The position numbers and the translations under genes were made by a program. Source: a virus (Duplodnaviria > Caudoviricetes). Taken from it: a stretch of DNA of 64,000 nucleotides. Shown piece by piece: positions 25,401 through 33,145 of this stretch. The DNA is taken from positions 1 through 64,000 of IMG/VR virus record IMGVR_UViG_3300037424_001630. One strand, written 5' to 3'. The notes beneath the pieces are model-generated. The model had not been told where the DNA came from and did no database searches. It was given only the letters and a program-made list of their open reading frames with translations. The stretch's first letter is position 1, and each line of letters begins with the position of its first letter.

Positions 25401-28237
25401 CCGCCGCGATAGCGGGCGCTCGATCGTTTGTGGAGCGGTACGCGGGCGGGCGGTGGTATCGCTTCGACGTGGAGCGGAAGGGTGGAGAATCGAAGAGCTA
25501 TGCCGCTGCGACACAGCAGGAAGCGCTCGACTACCTGGACGGCAAGGTCGGGAAGGCCAAGGTCGAGAAGGCGTACGACGAGTCGCTCCACCCGCGCGAC
25601 GAGTCGGGCAGGTGGAGCGAGGGCGGCGGGGCTGCGGTGGAGCATATCAGGGCCGGCGTCGCGAGCGCGGTCGAGGCGGTCCCGGGCAGGGCGGCGCACG
25701 GGCGCACGGCGGAGAACGCGTTCGTCCTGACCCGCGACGGCAAGGTGTACGCCTGGAACAGGCAGGGCGAGATCGCGGACCGGCGCGAGGTGACGACCGT
25801 TCACAGCCATTCCGCCGACTCGGGACACGACCCCGCCACTCTGGAGGACTTCCAACCCCTCAACTCGAGGGACATCAAGAGCTTCCTCCAGGACACCGGG
25901 GCGCGCACCGACGCCATCATCATGGCGGACGGGCGCCTGGAGTTGCTGCACAAGCGGAACGACCCGGCGTTGTACGTGAAGCTGGGGAAGCGAACCAAGT
26001 GGCTCGACGCGACCCTGCATCCGACGTATCAGGAGCGCCAGGCGTACTACGAGCAGCACAAGGACGAACCCGGCTACAGCATGTACAATCAGGAGCGTGA
26101 GCGGCTGAGCGCCTTCGCGGCGGCGCACGGGCTGGACTACCACGACGACCTCCGATGGCGCGGCGTCGAGAAGGCGTACGAGGAGAGCGAGCACCCCAGG
26201 GACGAGTCGGGTAGGTGGACGGACGCGGGCGGATCCGCGAGCGGCGCGACCGACGTTGAATGGCGCGGGTGGACCGAGCGACCCGAGGGGGACTACGCGA
26301 ACCCCGAGCAGGATAGGTACGTCGAGAACGTCGCGCACCTGTCGGGGTGGAACGGGCAGGTCGTCACGCGGGCGGGCAACGGCCCGAAGTTCACGGTCGG
26401 CGGGAAGGAGTTCATCGAGGGCGGACACTACGACCCGCGGACGGACCAGGTCGTGATCTACATAGACAAGGAGCCGCGCGAGGGCGCCGAGCAGATCGCG
26501 GTGCACGAGGCGTCCCACGGGCTGTGGCACGCGGCGAAGCCGGAGCTCGACAAGCAGCTCGACGCCGTGAGGGACATCGCCACCGCCGCGGCCGGGGGGG
26601 TGCCTCCTCCGCCAGGTCTGACGCCGAAGGAGACGAAGAACTGGCCGTACCTCAGCCCGGCGGACGATCGGATACACCCGCTGCTGAAGGAGAAGTACCC
26701 GCTCGCCTACGCGTACCGGGAGCTGATGGAGAGCGAGTGGGTCGCCACGGGGAAGCGCGTCTCCCCCTACGCGGCTGCCTGGTGGGCCGCCCACGAGGCC
26801 GGGGACGCGGCATCCATGCCGGCGGTCAACGAGACGCTCGCGGAGATCAGCGCGCAGACGAGGAGGTGGGGCCTCGACACGTTCGACTCCCCCATGTTCA
26901 AGGAGTGGAAGGCGTTCCACCACGAGGTCATGAAGGCCGGCCGCGCCCACGTCGCGCCCCCCGTCACCACGGCGGCGTCGAAGGCCGCGGAGAGAGTCGT
27001 CGTGATCGGCCCGGACGGGCGCGGCGAGGTGCACGAGGCTGACGGTACGGTGCGGTGGCTGCGCCCCGCGCCCGTCGAGAAGGACTACGACGAGGCGGAG
27101 CACCCCAGGGACGAGCAGGGACAGTGGACCGACGCCGGCGGCGGGGCGGCGTCCGCGGGTGCGGGCGGAGCCCTCGGGGAGCGGGGGGGCACGTTCGAGT
27201 CCCGGAGTGCGTACGAAGCCCTCCAGCGCTCGACCCACGCGGCGTGGGCTCGGAGGGGGGCGGCCCTCGACGCCGCGGCGAAGGCGAAGAACCGCTTCGA
27301 GGCGGCCGGGCACATCGCGACCGCGGGGCTCGCGGCGCGCGACGAGCTGAACGAGGTCATCGCTCAATATGGGATCCAAGCCGGGCAGGCGACGCTTCTG
27401 CCGAACAGGGCGGCGGTCCAGGCGACCATGCTGCTCAACGAGCACGACGCCCTGAGCAGCGCGGCGAGGACGGTCGACGACAAGTCGGTGCGGAACTGGC
27501 GGGCGAGCCTGCGGGAGTACTACCGCGAGCCGTATCTGGACTTCGGGAACTCCCGGACCGACGGGAAGGGGTACGAACGCGTCGCGTCCGGCAGCGGGTA
27601 CTACTCGACCGGCGCCGTGGAGTGGGCTGGCGGCGGTGCGAACCCCGAGTCGCCGTCGTGGACGGACGAGGAGCTGGCCGACATCGCGCAGGACCTAAAG
27701 GGGCTCCCCCCGATCGACGACGTCCGCCCGCTCGTGCTCTTGACGACTTTCATGTCCCTCGACCAGGCGGGATCGCGCGGCGGATCTGAAATGCCGGAGT
27801 ATACTGGGATCATCACGATACAGGCGTCGTCGCGCGCCGAGGACGCCAGGCAGACGGTGCTCCACGAGTTCGGCCACGAGGCGGTGTACTCGGCTATCCG
27901 CGGGTACGGGAGGCGGAGCGACGCCGGCAAGTGGGACGACCCGAACTACACGCCCGGCGACGCGGTTCGGGCCTTCGAGAAGGACCACGCCGCCCTGGCG
28001 GCCAGCCCGGACCGAGCGCAGCGCTTCCGCATGGACACCGGCGGGGGGCGCTCGTGGGGCGGGCCGGAGGAGTTGTTCGCCGAGGACTTCGCGACGGCGT
28101 TCAGCGGTCGACCGACGAACCGCTTCGGCAAGGAGAGCGTGGGGAACGTGGAGGCTCTGACGCCGGAGGAGCGCGAGAAGTTCAAGGCGTGGATCGTCGC
28201 CGCTACCGCTAGCTCGCCGCGCCCGACGAGGGAATGA
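22448..28237 (+). CDS. Tagged polyprotein 3 (InPase, ART-like, GNAT-like, PDG-His x2, JAB-like, two zincin metallopeptidases)
   Basis: TGATG coupling; seven tags; HYGYILLTEGADGDHVDCFVGP (InPase); YHATD...VFTT (ART); VHSHS...SRD (JAB); HEASH and HEFGH (HExxH). Confidence 0.85.
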   Translation: MAPARATAKGRKLDFRTEFQGIPVSVETRRGALRHWHDPLTGRDGATKMPHHYGYILLTEGADGDHVDCFVGPVEDAASAYVVRQNDPKTGEYDEDKVMLGFASVADAKAAYLASRDDGSRAFGSIVPMPMERFKQRVLEARGGPVRKYDEAEHPRDEQGQWTESGGASSDDFTDAKSDIDDADGPARIQAALSHYGARPLKIRGEAVPNLYVTSDLVVEWNGADRFASVYEKAEWVDRTDPEDFYPDYQDQFNDDFWASGGEVYHATDEENAAGIESDGIEASSRTRGLSNRGVGAAVFTTSDVEETELGSYGPAVFKIDVAAMARDGVKPYASQEPDVVAYELKGALAAAVELDDYSPEEPESGMSVHTVILGGSVPAKYVSRLESGKAYHAKRARFNPNRIVEKYDESEHPRDESGRWTEGGGGGGTAVTDDPEASAERWAKELGATWNGVQEGADGKPKYAMMTEGRTHSTAAVPLEGITRDKVATKLRQVRERFGLTEERDVIERPAEEGEEGDVVLRVGRTHVYIGDYPVPGSGPAAEDPTRPGKAANVSIARHSPTPDWMGYDKEPDPVETRRALVGSVKWLREHGYTYLTAVAVNPGVHSLLERLGATKEPGTGRQWLPLSAIRKAVWDEVEKDVFGTSGTAGILAPEQGVFRKPRRSRPANKAEGIGIPLTVAKSQRVDAGFVTADGTVLRMDPDMEHEDFLKSLPAAQRPAGTRPGRDMILEAHRAGWVRWSQFRYASTRPTLMLSFAAGNPAGAENARKLIAQRPAMGKYVVDAEDVHSGGGPVSSRVFESSADAMVHVVAIGGAGGGGAFDESEHPRDEEGKWVDKDRDGDSFSVGPGVVGGHRFVVGRLEGGRIVEDKEHPRVNPYEAIFQRRGARVGGSVEKYSADQPRDEQGQWSGSSSATRNDPNGWLKPATGDLLQNEGRMHVEHAHDLGFSGGPEMLDEGYVRVTAERDASGSRRPIFGLHFRDGNAAAIAGARSFVERYAGGRWYRFDVERKGGESKSYAAATQQEALDYLDGKVGKAKVEKAYDESLHPRDESGRWSEGGGAAVEHIRAGVASAVEAVPGRAAHGRTAENAFVLTRDGKVYAWNRQGEIADRREVTTVHSHSADSGHDPATLEDFQPLNSRDIKSFLQDTGARTDAIIMADGRLELLHKRNDPALYVKLGKRTKWLDATLHPTYQERQAYYEQHKDEPGYSMYNQERERLSAFAAAHGLDYHDDLRWRGVEKAYEESEHPRDESGRWTDAGGSASGATDVEWRGWTERPEGDYANPEQDRYVENVAHLSGWNGQVVTRAGNGPKFTVGGKEFIEGGHYDPRTDQVVIYIDKEPREGAEQIAVHEASHGLWHAAKPELDKQLDAVRDIATAAAGGVPPPPGLTPKETKNWPYLSPADDRIHPLLKEKYPLAYAYRELMESEWVATGKRVSPYAAAWWAAHEAGDAASMPAVNETLAEISAQTRRWGLDTFDSPMFKEWKAFHHEVMKAGRAHVAPPVTTAASKAAERVVVIGPDGRGEVHEADGTVRWLRPAPVEKDYDEAEHPRDEQGQWTDAGGGAASAGAGGALGERGGTFESRSAYEALQRSTHAAWARRGAALDAAAKAKNRFEAAGHIATAGLAARDELNEVIAQYGIQAGQATLLPNRAAVQATMLLNEHDALSSAARTVDDKSVRNWRASLREYYREPYLDFGNSRTDGKGYERVASGSGYYSTGAVEWAGGGANPESPSWTDEELADIAQDLKGLPPIDDVRPLVLLTTFMSLDQAGSRGGSEMPEYTGIITIQASSRAEDARQTVLHEFGHEAVYSAIRGYGRRSDAGKWDDPNYTPGDAVRAFEKDHAALAASPDRAQRFRMDTGGGRSWGGPEELFAEDFATAFSGRPTNRFGKESVGNVEALTPEEREKFKAWIVAATASSPRPTRE

Positions 28238-30243
28238 TGGAGATCAGCTCACAGGCCGTCGTGTTTGACTCCCGCAACCGGGCGCTTCTCTACCTGGTGG
28301 AGCGGGGGCGCAGTCCCGACGTGATGGGCAAGTGGTCCGTCGGCTGGGCCGCTCCGCGTTCGTTCGCCCCCCTCGCCCCGGAGCGCGAGTACGCGATGCT
28401 CCACCCCGACGGTGCCGGTCGGCGCATCTTCGCCCTCCGCTCCCGCGTGGCGAAGGAGTACGTCGAGTCCGAGCATCCCCGGGACGAGGACGGGAAGTGG
28501 ACGGACGCCGGCGGCGCCCCGCACGCGGGTGACCCCGAAGCCATGCGGGTCGTCCAGGCGGAGCTCGGCTGGCGCCCCGAGGTGCGGGACGAGGAGGGTC
28601 AGAAGGACGTCGAGATGCTGCACCGCCTCGTCGAGGAGCGAAAGGCCGCGGTCCCGCGCATGGACGCGCTGTCGAAGACGCTGGAGGGGGAGGAGGTCTC
28701 CGGACATGTAGCGCAGAACTGGGACAGCTTGAGCAGCTCGGCGCAGGCGGAAGCCGAGCAAGCATGGAAGGAAGGCAACTACTCCAGCTCCTATGAAGCC
28801 GAGGTGGAGAGCTGGAGGGAGGGGCTCCCCTCCGAGATCGAGGAGGCGATGTCCCTGACTCGCGACGACTGGCGGTATGAGGGCCTGAAGGAGGCCCTCA
28901 CGGACTACGGGTTCACCGCGGAGTCGGTGGACGCCACGATCAAGGAGTATGACCCGAGGGCGATGGACGCGGCGGACTGGAACAAGGCTATCAAGGAGGA
29001 GTACATAGCCGGGCGCCTGGTCCACGTCGATGACGCGCCAGCCAATTTCCTCGCGGGCGGTGATGATCCGGAGAAGCAGCCCGAGCTGCCTGGCGTCCCG
29101 CCGCCGACCCCGGAGGAGATCGCGGCCTATCGCGAGCGCCAGCGGGCGCGCATGACGCGGGAGTGGGACAGCGAGACGCACGCCGTCACGGCCGACGTCA
29201 ATAAGGCGTGGGAGGAGGAGGTCCAGAGGCGCATCGACCACGAAGATCCGCCTGACTACCTCGAGGAGTCCGTGCACGAGTTCCTGGACGACCAGTGGTC
29301 CCAGATGAGCGACGAGGACAAGTACGCTGAGGCCCCCGACAGCTCGAAGGAGGACGGTGCGGGCGACGAGGCTGGGATCGTCCGCATGCCGAAGAATGTC
29401 AAGACGATCGCCGACGGCGAGGACTACGAGAAGACGAGGCTGCTCCTGCGCTCGATGGTCAACTCTCGCGCCGCTGAGCTGTTCAAGGAGAGGGGGATAG
29501 ACGCGGACCCGCAGGCGGTCGCGGACGAGCTGTGGGAGGGGTGGAAGGGGTCGTCTGGCAACCCGATCGGGTCCCTGCTCCGCCGGGCGATCAAGGAGGA
29601 GTTCGGTACGTGGGATGCGGGTCGAGGCGCGCCTCCCGGAGGGCTGAGCATTTCGGGATCCGACGTGAGGATGGACCCGCAGGACGCGATGAAAGTGGCG
29701 AAGGCGTACGTGCGGGCGCAGTGGGAGGCGACGCAGTGGGCGCTCGCGAACACGAAGGACGAGAAGGGCGGGAAGCTCGGCGGCATGCTCCTGTACCGTG
29801 GTCTGATGAGACCCGGAGATGAGGTGGCGGATAGCGGCATGTCCGTTCCCGGGGAGAGCTCGTCGGGACATCCGGTGACGTACCGCCGTGTGTACACGAA
29901 ATCGTCCGGGAAGGCGCTGTCGGCCAACGCGCTGCAGTCCTTCACCACGAAGTCGACGCTCGCGAATAGCTGGAACGGAGTGAACGTAGAGCCCATGGCG
30001 ACGCCGACCCGAGTGGTGGTGCGCGCCCTGGTCCCGAATGAGGCGATCTTCTCCCTGCCCGCCTACGGGAAGAACATCCACGAGGAGCAGGAGGTTGTCG
30101 TCATGGGCGCCCCGCTGGAGGCGTGGGACGCCTGGTACACCCTCGCGCCGACCGGCGGGAATATACCGTTCCCCCGCACCCGCCGTACCGGGGTGTCCGC
30201 GCTCGGCAGGACTTTCGCGGAGAAGGGGATAGGTACGACATGA
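28234..30243 (+). CDS. Tagged protein 4: R-S-E clade mono-ADP-ribosyltransferase
   Basis: One tag; LLYRG (R), LQSFTT (S), HEEQEVVV (ExE) catalytic triad in the C-terminal domain. Confidence 0.8.
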   Translation: MMEISSQAVVFDSRNRALLYLVERGRSPDVMGKWSVGWAAPRSFAPLAPEREYAMLHPDGAGRRIFALRSRVAKEYVESEHPRDEDGKWTDAGGAPHAGDPEAMRVVQAELGWRPEVRDEEGQKDVEMLHRLVEERKAAVPRMDALSKTLEGEEVSGHVAQNWDSLSSSAQAEAEQAWKEGNYSSSYEAEVESWREGLPSEIEEAMSLTRDDWRYEGLKEALTDYGFTAESVDATIKEYDPRAMDAADWNKAIKEEYIAGRLVHVDDAPANFLAGGDDPEKQPELPGVPPPTPEEIAAYRERQRARMTREWDSETHAVTADVNKAWEEEVQRRIDHEDPPDYLEESVHEFLDDQWSQMSDEDKYAEAPDSSKEDGAGDEAGIVRMPKNVKTIADGEDYEKTRLLLRSMVNSRAAELFKERGIDADPQAVADELWEGWKGSSGNPIGSLLRRAIKEEFGTWDAGRGAPPGGLSISGSDVRMDPQDAMKVAKAYVRAQWEATQWALANTKDEKGGKLGGMLLYRGLMRPGDEVADSGMSVPGESSSGHPVTYRRVYTKSSGKALSANALQSFTTKSTLANSWNGVNVEPMATPTRVVVRALVPNEAIFSLPAYGKNIHEEQEVVVMGAPLEAWDAWYTLAPTGGNIPFPRTRRTGVSALGRTFAEKGIGTT

Positions 30244-31859
30244 CAGACTTCGCCTTCGACTTCGACCAAGGCAACAGCCCGGGCGCCCCCCACTGGCTCG
30301 CCGGCGGGAGGATGCGCCGGACCAGGGAGGAGACCCGCGCTGAAACGCGCCGACGCTGGAAGGCGAAGCGCGCCGAGCTCGAGGCGGACCCCGGCGCTGA
30401 CCTGAGGTTCGGCGACACGTTCGACGCCCTCGTGAAGGTCGCCAAGTCCGGCGACGTGGTCGCTGTGGACTTCGACGGGACGTGCACGGTCGACGCCGAC
30501 GGCACCGAGAACCCGCGCATGCGCACGCTCGTGCAGCACCTCGTGGGGCGCGGCGTCCCCGTCGTGGTCTTCACGGCGCGCCCCGCCGAGGAGGTGCGAG
30601 AGTGGCTCCGCACTCACGGCTGGCCCACCGGCGCGGTGACGAACGTCAAGAGCCCGGACTTCCGAGTCATGCTCGACGACCGGGCGGTGCACTTCGACCC
30701 GGCGATGCTCGCCGACCCGGACCTCGCCGACGAGCTGGTCGGCTTCAAGTCGTGGTGGGAGAAGGGCGAGGACACGCCGCTGTACCTCACCGAGAAGGAC
30801 ATGGTCGAGAAGGTCTGGGACGTCGAGAAGTACAGCGCGGACCAGCCTCGAGACGAGGACGGGCGCTGGACGTCCGGAGGCGGCGGGGTGGACGTCTCCG
30901 CCCGCACCGTGGAGACCGACGACGTAGAGGAGGCCGCCCGCGCGCTGGGCGAGGGGCGCCGGGTCGTCCTCAGCCAGCCGCGCCAGGTGTCGACCTTGCT
31001 GGATCGTCTCGCCGAGAAGGCGAGGGAGGCCGAGGCGAAGGGCGAGCAGGCGCCGAAGTACGACCTGTGCAACGTGTCGGTGAAGGGGACGAACATCTTC
31101 TGCGCTGGCGGCCTGGGTATCAAGCGCCTCCAGATGCCGCAGCTCTCCGGGAAGCCGACGCCGGGCTCGCCGGCGGATGGGCTCCCGAAGAACGCGAAGG
31201 GCGAGGTCGACATCGGTCCCGCGTTCCTCGAGAGCCTCCGCAATGAGGGCGTCGGGGTGAAGACGGAGACCGAGGAGCCGGGGCACCTTCGCGCGTCGCA
31301 GGCGGAGCTGAACGGCGTGAAGGTCGCGGGGATCATGGGCTTCCTTCGCTCGAATCCGGACAAGGTCGCCCGCGCGGAGCCGCTCTTCGTCAGCCGGGAC
31401 AACTACATCGTGGACGGGCACCACCGCTGGGCGGCGACCGTCGGGCTCGACTACGCGTCCGACTCCGACGCGGAGATTAGCGTCCCCATTCACCGCGTCG
31501 ACATGTCCATCACGGAGCTGCTCAAGCGGTCGCGCGACTTCGCCGAGAAGCACGGGCTCCCCCCGATGGGGTTCAAGCGGAAGGCGACGGGGTGCGGGTG
31601 CGAGGGCCTGCCCGCGTGGTCGCCCGCGGCGGAAGAGGCGGAGGAGGTACCCGCGGAGGTGTCGCCGCCGCGGATAGATCAGGTGGCTGTCGCGCTCGAG
31701 CGCGCCATAGGGGCGCTCCCGGGCGCCGTCGCCGCGGCGCTGGGGGTGGGCGGTCCGCAGGTGGCGCCGGAGCCGAGGGCGCCCCGCAAGGTGAGGAAGA
31801 CGGTCGTGCGGGACGAGAACCACCGCATCCTGTACGTGGACGAGGAGGAGATCGACTGA
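30240..31859 (+). CDS. Tagged protein 5: HAD phosphatase plus ParB-like domain
   Basis: ATGA coupling; VAVDFDGT...VFTAR...KSP..MLDDRA (HAD motifs I-IV); tag; LRASQAEL...PLFVSRDNYIVDGHHRWAA (ParB/Srx). Confidence 0.8.
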   Translation: MTDFAFDFDQGNSPGAPHWLAGGRMRRTREETRAETRRRWKAKRAELEADPGADLRFGDTFDALVKVAKSGDVVAVDFDGTCTVDADGTENPRMRTLVQHLVGRGVPVVVFTARPAEEVREWLRTHGWPTGAVTNVKSPDFRVMLDDRAVHFDPAMLADPDLADELVGFKSWWEKGEDTPLYLTEKDMVEKVWDVEKYSADQPRDEDGRWTSGGGGVDVSARTVETDDVEEAARALGEGRRVVLSQPRQVSTLLDRLAEKAREAEAKGEQAPKYDLCNVSVKGTNIFCAGGLGIKRLQMPQLSGKPTPGSPADGLPKNAKGEVDIGPAFLESLRNEGVGVKTETEEPGHLRASQAELNGVKVAGIMGFLRSNPDKVARAEPLFVSRDNYIVDGHHRWAATVGLDYASDSDAEISVPIHRVDMSITELLKRSRDFAEKHGLPPMGFKRKATGCGCEGLPAWSPAAEEAEEVPAEVSPPRIDQVAVALERAIGALPGAVAAALGVGGPQVAPEPRAPRKVRKTVVRDENHRILYVDEEEID

Positions 31860-32509
31860 TGCCGCCCCCCTACATGGAGGACGCGCTAGGCATCCCGCTG
31901 CGCGACGCGCTGGCGGTCATGCAGCGCCGCATCAAGAAGCGCTCCATGTACCACGGGATCCCGATTCAGAAGAACCCGCTCGACCTGTGGGTGTACCAGG
32001 AGGTCGTCCACGCGCTTCGCCCGGACGTGGTCGTGGAGGTCGGAGTGCTCGCGGGGGGATCCACGCTCTGGTTCGCGCACACCCTGGACGTGGTGGGAGG
32101 GCTGGGCGTTGTGATCGGCGTCGACGTGGATACCAGCCGCGCCAGGGCCAACGCGGTGCACAGGCGCGTCATGTTCGTGGAGGGAGATGCGACAGACCTC
32201 CGCGTCGTGGCCGAGGTGCGCGACATGGTGGTCGGCGCGCGGGTCGTGATGGTGGTCGAGGACAGCTCGCACACGTACGCGAACACCGTCGGCGTGCTGG
32301 ACCTGTACTCCCCGCTCGTCACGCCGGGGAGCCTCATGATCGTGGAGGATGGGATCTGCCACCACGGGCTGGACGCGGGCCCGAGTCCCGGGCCGTACGA
32401 GGCGGTCAAGAACTGGCTCCCCGCGCACCCCGAGTTTGCCGCGGACCGGAGCCTCGAGTCGTTCCTGGTGACGTGGAACCCGGGCGGGTTCCTCAGGAGG
32501 CTGCGGTGA
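31859..32509 (+). CDS. CmcI/cephalosporin-hydroxylase family O-methyltransferase
   Basis: GIPIQKNPLDLWVYQEVV..LRPDVVVEVGVLAGGS...EDSSHTY...LMIVEDG. Confidence 0.85.
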   Translation: MPPPYMEDALGIPLRDALAVMQRRIKKRSMYHGIPIQKNPLDLWVYQEVVHALRPDVVVEVGVLAGGSTLWFAHTLDVVGGLGVVIGVDVDTSRARANAVHRRVMFVEGDATDLRVVAEVRDMVVGARVVMVVEDSSHTYANTVGVLDLYSPLVTPGSLMIVEDGICHHGLDAGPSPGPYEAVKNWLPAHPEFAADRSLESFLVTWNPGGFLRRLR

Positions 32510-32658
32510 CGTATATCATGCTGGCGTACCTGATTTTCGTCGCCGCGGAGCTAGCCGCAGTCGCCTGGTTCCTCTGGCAGATCAGGCGGGACGGGCGGCG
32601 GAGCCCGCTCAACCACGACTCGGAGAGCTGTCTGATTTGCCGCGGGAGGGAACCGTGA
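32506..32658 (+). CDS. Small membrane protein
   Basis: Hydrophobic N-half; GTGA couplings on both sides. Confidence 0.4.
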   Translation: MTYIMLAYLIFVAAELAAVAWFLWQIRRDGRRSPLNHDSESCLICRGREP

Positions 32659-33107
32659 GGTCCCCCAGGTTCAGCGATAGGTGCCTCAACGCGAAGGCGG
32701 ACGCCGCCTGCGCGCTTCTCGGGGGTGGGTACCTGCTCCTGTACGACGGCGCGCGCCCGGAGAGTGCTGACGACCTGGTCGACCAGGCGGAGGAGGAAGT
32801 ACCCCTCGCGGTCGTGAGGCTGCGCTCCCCGGCGTTCCAGCCGGCGAACCACGGGAGGGCGACGGCCCGCGCGGTCGAGTCCGTCCCCGGGCTCCGGTCC
32901 GGGGCGCCGACGTGGTTCCGCGCTGTGACGAAGCTCGGTGAGGCGGTTTTCGACGGGACGTGCGGTCCGGCGCCGATAATTGAGCTCGGTGAGGCGGTTT
33001 TCGACGGCGCGAGGGGCGAGGAGTTCGACATGTACGTCAACGGGGAGATAGAAGTTGACGGGGAGGTGCGCGTCCTGCGGCTCGTCTACGCGGAGTCGCG
33101 GGGCTGA
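32655..33107 (+). CDS. Putative virion structural protein
   Basis: NAKADAACALLGGGYLLLYDGARP...LRSPAF pattern seen in phage structural proteins; contains a 17-aa internal duplication. Confidence 0.5.
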   Translation: MRSPRFSDRCLNAKADAACALLGGGYLLLYDGARPESADDLVDQAEEEVPLAVVRLRSPAFQPANHGRATARAVESVPGLRSGAPTWFRAVTKLGEAVFDGTCGPAPIIELGEAVFDGARGEEFDMYVNGEIEVDGEVRVLRLVYAESRG

Positions 33108-33145
33108 CACCGCGGTATACTAGACAGGATGAGGAGGAGACCACC

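Larger units (their letters stand above)
7679..30890 (+). repeat. Dispersed in-frame peptide-tag repeat family K-x0-1-[YF]xExEHPRDExG[RKQ]W / YSADQPRDE
   Basis: 17 copies counted by eye, starting near 7679, 9086, 17500, 17938, 18457, 20440, 20941, 21654, 22889, 23666, 24911, 25133, 25568, 26171, 27080, 28453, 30828; DNA core gagcaccccagggacgag is repeated verbatim in several. Confidence 0.95.

Noticed and set aside
7679-30890. Tag repeats as a CRISPR array or mobile-element ends
   Set aside because: Spacing is irregular (about 220 nt to several kb), all copies are in frame within long ORFs, and no cas or transposase genes are present
17111-31859. Stop-codon recoding joining the array ORFs into one protein
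   Set aside because: Junctions are TGATG/ATGA overlaps that change frame, which is ordinary translational coupling; TGA, TAG and TAA all end genes normally
32932-33007. Mini-CRISPR (two 25-nt repeats, 26-nt spacer)
   Set aside because: Only two copies, in frame in a coding region, no palindrome or leader
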